Of a DNA stretch of 64,000 bases, positions 55,541 to 64,000 are shown piece by piece. This stretch comes from Eledone cirrhosa (Eukaryota): contig OZ024743.1 of NCBI GenBank assembly GCA_964016885.1, positions 315,208,001 to 315,272,000 of the forward strand, given 5' to 3'. The translations under genes and the position numbers were made by a program. Numbering within the stretch: position 1 is the first letter of the stretch; each line of letters begins with the position of its first letter. Under the pieces are notes generated by a model. It saw only the letters and a program-made list of their open reading frames with translations. It made no database searches and was not told the DNA's origin.

Positions 55541-55820
55541 CCGGCTGGCTGGCTGGCTGGCTAACTGGCTAGCTGGCTGGGTTCTGGACAGAGGCTATAT
55601 GCAGAGTTTAAGGGGTCAATGATTCGGTGTTGGCTGGTTGGTGAAATTACTGGTTGGGTGGCTCGCTGCCTTGCTTGGTGGATGTCTAGACGAATAGACA
55701 AGTAAGCTGATTGGGCTGGCTGGCTGGCTGGCTGGCTGGCTAACTGGCTGGCTGGCTGGCTGACTGCCTGGTTGGCTGGTTGGCTGGTTGGCTGGTTGGC
55801 TGGGTGGGTGGCTGGCTGGA

Positions 55821-55852
<32 letters not shown>

Positions 55853-56140
55853 CATCTGACTGCCTGGTTGGCTGGCTGGCTGGTTGGCTGGTTGGCTGGC
55901 CGGTTGACTGGCAGGCTGGCAGGCTGGCTAGCTGGCTGGCTGGATAGCTGGCTGGCTGGATGGGTGGATAGCTGGCTGGCTGGATGGGTGGCTGGATGGT
56001 TGGCTGGCTAGCTGGCTGGATGGTTGGCTGGCTGGCTGGGAGGTTGGCTGGCTGGTTGCTGGCTGGCTGACTGGCTGGCTGGTTGCAGGCTGGCTGGCTG
56101 GCTGGATGGATGGGCGGATGGCTGGCTGGCTGGCTGGCTT
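55541..56140. repeat. (GGCT)n/(GGTT)n/(GGAT)n degenerate tetranucleotide array
   Basis: Direct reading. Confidence 0.95.
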
Positions 56141-56405
56141 TCTGGGTGTTAGGATGAAAGTTTGGATGGATGGGTGGCTGTCAGTGTGTATTTTGTTTAC
56201 ATTTAATTCTCTAATAATTGATGTTGAAATGATACTGAACTAAAATGAGCTAAAGCTGGGATAGAAGATAACAGAGTGAAATGTATAGGCATGAAGGAGA
56301 TGATATATACGCATTCCCTCTTTCACTGGCTGTATCTTCCACTCCACATATATATATATATATATATATATATTCATTGTATATATATGTATATATATTT
56401 ATATA

Positions 56406-56487
<82 letters not shown>

Positions 56488-56510
56488 CATATGTTACTGT
56501 ATGTACATAC

Positions 56511-56548
<38 letters not shown>

Positions 56549-57239
56549 TAGTTTACGAAGTTTGCCAAATCTACTTCAGCGAGCCCCGGACACCACTCAC
56601 TCACATAACAAGCTAAATAGGTTTACACGTGAGAAAATGCAAATGAATTGTCAGAGTGCACACTAATAGTTAAGCAGTATATCAAGATCCCGGACGGTAC
56701 CCTTTCTGCACGACATTCTGAATAACATATTTAATAAGTGTCCCTCAGAGAGAATTTCCAAATAACCGCAGATATTACGCAATCGGGCTATGCTCTTCAT
56801 GTGTACACGTCCACCCAAAATGCTAGCCACGCCAATTCTAGCAGTTAAGTGCTGTTGTGACACGTGACCTCTAAAAAAAGAGGAAGAACGCTGTTGAGAA
56901 AACAGTTAATATGGGTTAAATACAAAAAAAAATGGCATTCATGCCAAGATTTCGTCCAATTTAAAACTTTTATTCACAAGGACAGAATTGCAAATATAAA
57001 ATCGAACAACCAATATAAAAAAGAAATGGTCTTCTTAAAGAAGAAACAAGTCGGTTAAACTGAGAGAAAATATACACAGTTAACGAAGGTGGCGGAATCT
57101 ACTCCATAATATATATATATATCATATATGTATGCGTACATATATATATATATATATACTGTATATATATGTGTGTGTTTTTATATCTGTTTACAAGAAA
57201 GAATGGTTGAATAATAATAGATTGGTGGTCGTGACGTAA

Positions 57240-57568
57240 GGCACATGGCTTATTGGTTAGAGCGTCGGGTTTACGATCGTGAGGTTGTGAGTTCGATTCT
57301 CGAACCGGGCTCTGCTTTGTGTTCTTGAGCAAAACACTTTATTTAACGTTGCTGCAGTTCACTCAGCTGTAGAAATGAGTTCCGACCTCACAGGTGCCAA
57401 GCTGTATCGTCACTTGCCTTTCCCTTGGACAACTTCGTTGGCGTTGAGAGGAGAGGTTGGTATGAATGGGTGACTGCTGGCCTTCTACAAACAACCTTGC
57501 GCTGCCTTGTACCTTGGAGGGGGACTTTCTAGGTTTAAATCCCATGACCGAATGATGGTTTTACCTTG
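57240..57568 (+). mobile_element. Full-length tRNA-derived CORE-like SINE
   Basis: A box tggcttattggt, B box gagttcgattc, core tgtgttcttgagcaaaacacttta, tttacctt tail. Confidence 0.85.
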
Positions 57569-58029
57569 GTGATCGTGACAGAGCAACAAAGATAGAAAGT
57601 TTAGAGAAGAGGATGGAATTTGCCTGTCATTTCTAAAAGTTTGAACTATTATATAAATAGACATGCTGAGGGGATAGTGTGACGGTTCTACCTCTAACGA
57701 ATTGTTTAAAGTCTAGACAAGAAGAAATATTGGGATCTCGTTAGATGTTAGATCCACATGTGTCCAGAGTGGCAGATTGGATCTGAGAAAATATTTTGCT
57801 TTTGATATAATTGATAAAACGTCAAATATTCATTAATAGTGAAATCTTGTGAAATTTTATTTTCCGCTTCAGCCGATATTTCTGCAATTATTCAGACATG
57901 TCTGCACCAACGAAATCTAAAGACAGAAATTGTAGATTTTTGTAGATTGACAGTTTTAATCTATATAAACTAACTGAATTTCATGAATTCATTTATTAAA
58001 ATTTAGGCTAAATGGTTATGGTTATAGAG

Positions 58030-58300
58030 ACATCTGGCCTAGTGGCAAAGGTGTTAGATTTAAGAACATAATGTTGTAAGTTCAATTCCTGGATTGTGTT
58101 GTATTCTTGAAAAAACACTACATTTCTCGTTGCTCCAGTATACTCAGCTGGAAATAAGAACTATTAAACCTGCGATGGACTGGCTTCCTGCCCAAGGGAG
58201 AGTCTTGTAATCTCGTTCGTGTCACGCCACGAAACCGGGAGAGCACCAGCCTAATGAGAACTCTTGTTTGAGGCAAACTTTGGCCCTTTTTACCTTTATG
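58030..58300 (+). mobile_element. CORE-like SINE, diverged
   Basis: tggcctagtgg..aagttcaattcc head; tttacctttat tail. Confidence 0.7.
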
Positions 58301-58367
58301 GAATTAATGAAATAATGTTCATGTCTCATGGTATACCTACATAAAAATTATTATACACCATTAGCAA

Positions 58368-58476
58368 AATCCCGCCGAGGTTAACTTTGCCTTTCATCCT
58401 TATGGGGTTGATAAAATAAAGTACCAGTAATACACTGGGTATTTGCTGGCCTTGTGCCAAAAGTAGAAACAATTAT
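58368..58476 (+). mobile_element. Meta-domain-like SINE, 3' part
   Basis: aatcccgccgaggttaactttgcctttcatccttatggggttgataaaataaagtaccag. Confidence 0.85.
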
Positions 58477-59364
58477 CAATATCTATCTATTTTATATCTT
58501 TATCGTAGTTCACTCGATAAACATAATATATTTTTAGGATGACTGATTTATTTATCACAGATAGCTTATTTATCAATGTTTCTCGCGCGACTCCTAGGTA
58601 CCTCATGCGGAATCCTTAGGTCTCTGGAAACACCGGTTGAGAAATGTTGGTTTAAGGTAAAAACAATGCACTTTTTGTTGTTTTACTGTGATAACGAAGA
58701 CATTGTTCTCTTTCCTCTGAATATGTTTGTGGGTGGACCAATCAAAACTTAGAATATCTAAATATGTTAGACAAAATAAAAGCTTATGATGCAAGAAAGC
58801 CTGAACGCAACAAACTTCAAGAAGATTCAACCAGATTAGCCTTAGAGCAAACCCATTCAGGTTTGTTTGTTTGTTTGTTTTTTAAAAAGAGGAAACATTG
58901 GATCATGTAATCTACGAAAAACCATATTTAAAGATGTGTAGATATTTTCATGGTTAGAATATATTTCATCGTATGACTGCGGGATCAAGGCTGATCTGTC
59001 TGAACAGAAAAATACTATCAGCATCAGCATCAGCAGCAATAGAAGCAGCAGCAGAAGCAACAGCAATAACAGCAGCTGCAACAGTAGTTCAGAAGGAATA
59101 TTAACAGCAGCGGTAACAGTAACGCCGGCATTAGATTGTTTATATCCAGGGCATTGTCCTGAATAATATTTTTTGTTGTTGTATTTGTAGTAATTCCTCC
59201 ACAAGTAGAAAGAATGCGCTACAGAGAAAATAATGTTCAAATGAAGAAAATAGTAAACGTGTATTTCTGTTTCTAGGCGATATTTGTTTTTTCATGTACT
59301 AATTTGTGTGTCTGTGAGTGTATGATTGCATGTTGCATTATGTGTGTGTATATATATATATATA

Positions 59365-59926
59365 AAATCATAGAATGTAAATACAGAAAGAAATCTTAGA
59401 AAATAGTAAATAAATTCCAAAAAATTCACTGTACTTACTATATGTGCCCTTACCGTGATTACAGATCCCAAACGAATAGATAATCCAAGCGGATTTTTCA
59501 TTGAAAAACAGATCATCGTCAGAAGGCTTTTCTCTCTCGGAGAATATAAAATTCCCGAGTTAAAATTACAAACTGGCGCCATTCCAAACTGCCTCAGAAT
59601 GAGCGAAAATGAATGATAAAGCAGTTTTGTCATGGTACCGTGTGCAAAGGCAAAAGCATGGTGGACAGGTCAATCCTGTACTGCTAAAAATAGCAGCCAT
59701 TCAAACGACCAAAGGTTTCTCTACCATTGGGGAGAATAATAATAAAAGTATGTGTTCCTACATGTAATTAATACACATAGGGACACAAGTAAAGTCCGAC
59801 CGCATGCCAGTGTGGTTGAATGGCAAGTTAATAAATTAACAAGCCAGGACATATAAAATCAAAGGAGTGTAAATACAGAAAAAATCTTTAAAATTTATAA
59901 ATAACTTCCAAAAAATTTACTGTACT

Positions 59927-59933
<7 letters not shown>
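59365..59933 (-). mobile_element. TA-flanked non-coding element with ~66-bp terminal direct repeats (period ~492 bp) and a degenerate HHR-like motif (59484-59527, minus)
   Basis: tgtaaatacagaaa..actgtacttactatat at 59376 and 59868; CTGACGA-tga..tca-at-GAAA on minus. Confidence 0.65.
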
Positions 59934-59972
<39 letters not shown>

Positions 59973-60444
59973 ACCATTTTAAAGTGTTAGTCTCGATTGA
60001 ATGGGTGAACTTGTCTTGTACATCACATCACCTATTTTTTATTTCCTTCATTCAGTCACTTCTATGCCCCAACCCAATTCCCCTCCTCCTCTCCTCTCTC
60101 AATCTTTTCCATATTACATCTGAATGTCCCCCACATCGTGGACTTTCTCTCTGCCGACTACTGGCCACTGGTCTCTGTCCTCTTGTGCACTTTTATACAT
60201 CGCTGTCATTCGTAGCCTTTGGCTGTTCTAACAGCTGATAAGGACAAGTTAAGTCTGAAATCCATCGACTATTATCCCTTTTGCTTCTGCTGGACACCAC
60301 CAGAGGGCGTTAGCCCCGGTGATTTTTTGGTATCTACGGCTTTCTAAATATGTACCTGTAAACATACCGTGTTTCTTTAGAAATACGAAATTCTATACAT
60401 ATCTGTGTACAGCTATGCCTGAAGCTAAATCCTAATTGTAAATA

Positions 60445-60492
<48 letters not shown>

Positions 60493-60494
<2 letters not shown>

Positions 60495-61333
60495 AAATTA
60501 AGATAAATCAAAGTGAATTTAATCTAAATCAAGATTATGGGTGTCATGCCACTAGGCATGCCCCATATCACCCGTAAAATAAGCTCCAAGATTCTAATGA
60601 ATAGGCCCGAGCATTTTATAACAACTAGAAATTGATTAACATATAAATAAAGATATGAAACAATCACAGGGGATAATTTTTACAAGTGGGTAAGCACACA
60701 TAGCTAGGTAGGCAACTAAATATAGTTAACTAGAACTTCAAAGATAGATACCTTATAATATGATTAATCTTCCCTGTATATATTCCATTAAAGGAATATA
60801 TTTCACCAATTAATCGAATGGTAAACCACGGAAGCCGATACTTGGATTTTCAACAAGGAAGATGTCCAGCCATTTGTGTTAACGCATTAAGTTCAAATCA
60901 GCGACTGGCCAGTCGCCATATAAATACGGCACCTTAATTGTAGAGCTAACTCTGTTGAAAGGACTTGACTGATGTTTCTAGTTGTCGATAACCGTATTCA
61001 CGCCACTGGGACGAAGCTGGTATGATATGTGTATTTTTAGTAGATACAGTACGTGTTACTGGCCAGTCACTGATTTGAACTTAATGCGTAAACACAGATG
61101 GCTGGACTTCTTCCTTGTTGAAAATCCAAGTATCGGCCTCCGTGGTTTACTATTCGATTAATTGGTGAAAAATATATCTCTAATGGAATATATACAGGGA
61201 AAATTAATCATATTATAAGGTATCTATTTTTGAAGTTCTAGTGAACTTTATTTAGTTACCTACCTAGCTATGTGTCCTTACACACTTGTAAAAAATATCC
61301 CCTGTAATTGTTTGATATGTTTATTTATATGTT
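60493..61333. mobile_element. Palindromic element in (TA)n; arms ~60618-60912 and ~61038-61333; left tail ~125 bp
   Basis: ~295-bp inverted arms; only a weak HHR-like motif (ttcc-TTGTTGA..GAAA). Confidence 0.82.
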
Positions 61334-61392
61334 AATACATTTCTAGTTGTTATATATATATATATATATATATACATTTTTATATATGTATA

Positions 61393-61445
<53 letters not shown>

Positions 61446-61448
61446 CTT

Positions 61449-61484
61449 TCTTCTGATGAAGGACTAGGGTCCGAAATGTTAAGA
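61449..61484 (+). ncRNA. Minimal PLE-type hammerhead
   Basis: tctt-CTGATGA-a-ggac-tagg-gtcc-GAAA-tg-TT-aaga (CG to TG change in stem III). Confidence 0.75.
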
Positions 61485-61704
61485 CCCTCTTCCTGCTATA
61501 TCAAGCGTTAACCAAATATATCCCTTCCATATACTGTACCGATTGTGTTGTTATTTCTGTTTACCTTTTACGTACATATATAATATATATATTATATATA
61601 TAACTTTAACTTTCATAAATTTGATAGGTTTCGGCCAGTATTGCCCTAGGCCGTGTCTAACCTAATAAAAACATATATATAACAACATATATATATATAT
61701 ATAA

Positions 61705-61758
<54 letters not shown>

Positions 61759-61787
61759 CAAGAAAGAAGAGTGACATAGTTCGCTAT

Positions 61788-61862
<75 letters not shown>

Positions 61863-61924
61863 TTGATTAAAATAACTGTAGGCCGGACTGGTGAAGTTTC
61901 TTTAAAGATTTATTGTTGTAAGAA

Positions 61925-61983
61925 CACTATATATATTTCAATGGCATGGTTACGTGAAGATTGTGGCGACATCATCAGATTCA
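61925..61983 (-). ncRNA. Hammerhead-like motif with intact core boxes and weak stems
   Basis: CTGATGA-tgtc..gcca-tt-GAAA-tatata-TA on minus. Confidence 0.5.
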
Positions 61984-62247
61984 TATTGCATAATTAGTTA
62001 CTCAATAAAGAAATTATAGCAAACACAAACTGAAAAAAATAAAAAGTGATGGCCTGCGAAGTAGGTCTTACTTCTGCGACAAGCCAAACTCATACACACT
62101 CACACACACACACACATCCACATATATATATATAGAGAGAGATAGATAGATATATAACGAAGGAGGTGTGGTAAGGAACCAGATGGACCATAACGCACCA
62201 GAGTTTTCAATACTTAGGTTAGTAGAGTGGGTAATAGAAAAAAGAGT

Positions 62248-62335
62248 AACCCCGTCGGCAGAGCTCAAGACGTTTCGACAGCTATTTCTGTCCAGAAATA
62301 CGCGTTGAAACGGCTTGAGCTCTGCCGTCGGGGTT
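62248..62335. repeat. GC-rich hairpin whose arms contain GAAACG (HHR 3' half)
   Basis: accccgtcggcagagctcaagacgtttcgac versus gttgaaacggcttgagctctgccgtcggggtt. Confidence 0.75.
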
Positions 62336-62984
62336 CAACTTTTTCATATATATATATATATATATATGGGGGGGGGGGTTATATACAGCGAAAGAGAGAG
62401 GTGGTGACAGCAAGTGAAGAAAAGATTGCAGATTTATAGATATGTGTATATGAATAATTTAATAAAGAAATAGAAAATTATTGAGATATCGAGTGACGGG
62501 AGAAAATGTTGAAACTTAAGAAAATGAGGGTTGATTGAGATGGAAAGAAATATGAAGAGAAAACTGACGGGGAGCGAGAAAAGGGGGGAATAGCAAGAGA
62601 GAAGGATGAGTCAAGAATAGGGACAAGGAAGAGAAGAGCGAAGCTGAAGTGGATGATAGTTCAATTATGAGAAAAGATAACGAATGTTCTAATGAAGCAA
62701 TGCCCATGAGATAAATACAGATAAGACATGGTTAGAAAACAGGTGTAGTCAATCAAGGGAATTCTTACAAACATATATACATACATACGCGCACGCACAA
62801 AGGCATGTATGTGTGTATGTATGATTTTATTCACTTTATTCACCTATATATTTACACACACGCACACGCACACCTATACACACGTTCTCACACACATACA
62901 GCGAGACAGGGTGATAGAGAAATCTAGATATATACATAGATAATTAGATAGACATGTCCACACGAAGATAGACAGATACATAGC

Positions 62985-63046
<62 letters not shown>

Positions 63047-63058
63047 TATAGATAGATA
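62985..63058. repeat. (TAGA)n microsatellite
   Basis: Direct reading. Confidence 0.95.
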
Positions 63059-63217
63059 GTCGTTAGTACATGTATGAATACCGACACACGCAGACGTGCA
63101 TACACACATACAAACACATACAGCTATATTATAGACGACATTTCTTGTGGATTTACCCCGGTTTATACAATAATTTCTTGAATAATTTTGTTACATCTTC
63201 GTCCTTCTAAGTGGTTC

Positions 63218-63790
63218 ACACACACATATGTGCATACATACACACACACACACGCACACATATGTGCATACAGACACACACATATGTGCATACATACACA
63301 CACACACACGCACGCATATGTGCATACAGACACACCCACACACACACACCTATGTGCATACAGACACACACACACACACACATATGTGCATACAGACACA
63401 CACACACACACATATGTGCATACATACACACACACACACATATGTGCATACAGACACACACAATCATATGTGCATGCATACACATACACACACATATGTG
63501 CATACATACATACGCATATGTGCATACAGACACAACACACACTCATATGTGCATACAGACACAAACACTCATATGTGCATACATACACACACACACACAT
63601 ATGTGCACACAGACACAAACACTCATATGTGCATACACCCACACACATATGTGCATACAGACACAAACACTCATATGTGCATACAGACACACACACACAC
63701 ATATGTGCATACATACACAAACACTCATATATGCATACAGACACACACACACACACACACATATGTGCATACAGACACAAACACATACAT
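63218..63790. repeat. Minisatellite, variable unit built on CATATGTGCATACA(G/T)AC + (AC)n
   Basis: About 20 repeats of catatgtgcata separated by variable AC runs. Confidence 0.95.
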
Positions 63791-64000
63791 GAATAACCAC
63801 ATACACTCGCACACGTATACACTAGTTCACTTACACCCATTCTACGATTGATAACACGCAAACAACACACAAACACACTACTTATGCGTCTTACGCATAC
63901 ACACATACATACACAAAGAGCTAAATAGACACACCAATACTGACAAAGGCAGACTTGGAATTAAACCACGCACCTCTATTATATACACACACACGTATAG

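Noticed and set aside
57240-57310. tRNA genes at A/B-box sequences (also 23828, 58030)
   Set aside because: They continue into SINE bodies and lack a full cloverleaf.
58857-59240. Transmembrane-like poly-Leu ORF
   Set aside because: Derived from a degenerate (CAG/CAA)n repeat.
63218-63790. CRISPR-like array
   Set aside because: Eukaryotic context, low-complexity spacers and no cas genes.

Overview
Eukaryotic, AT-rich, microsatellite-saturated DNA that is almost entirely repetitive. The repeat content suggests an octopus or other coleoid cephalopod; that is an inference. There is no intact host gene, and most ORFs in the supplied track are translated (TA)n/(CA)n/(AG)n repeats. Recognisable coding remnants: two 5'-truncated Penelope-like retroelements (PLEs) with RT + CxCx5Cx5C linker + GIY-YIG endonuclease (Naiad-like; 3508-5912 minus, 12597-14670 plus), one decayed Neptune-like PLE (9040-10715 minus) and three RTE-clade LINE fragments. 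Non-coding elements include many tRNA-derived SINEs (CORE-like and Meta-domain-like), a TA-flanked MITE and a probable non-autonomous Helitron. The most striking signal is about ten non-coding 0.2-1.1 kb fold-back (palindromic) elements from several unrelated families, nearly all sitting in (TA)n tracts. Most carry minimal type I hammerhead ribozyme (HHR) motifs pointing outward, usually in both arms, and one arm has an extra 3' tail. One family is a 515-nt circularly permuted unit present as more than one copy, resembling a retrozyme. I read this as a (TA)n-targeted, ribozyme-bearing, non-autonomous PLE system. Also seen: a TE-borne CCAAT/E-box/E2F module and weak candidate exons of a small minus-strand gene. 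All folds, alignments and translations were done by eye; coordinates are approximate unless a motif is quoted.
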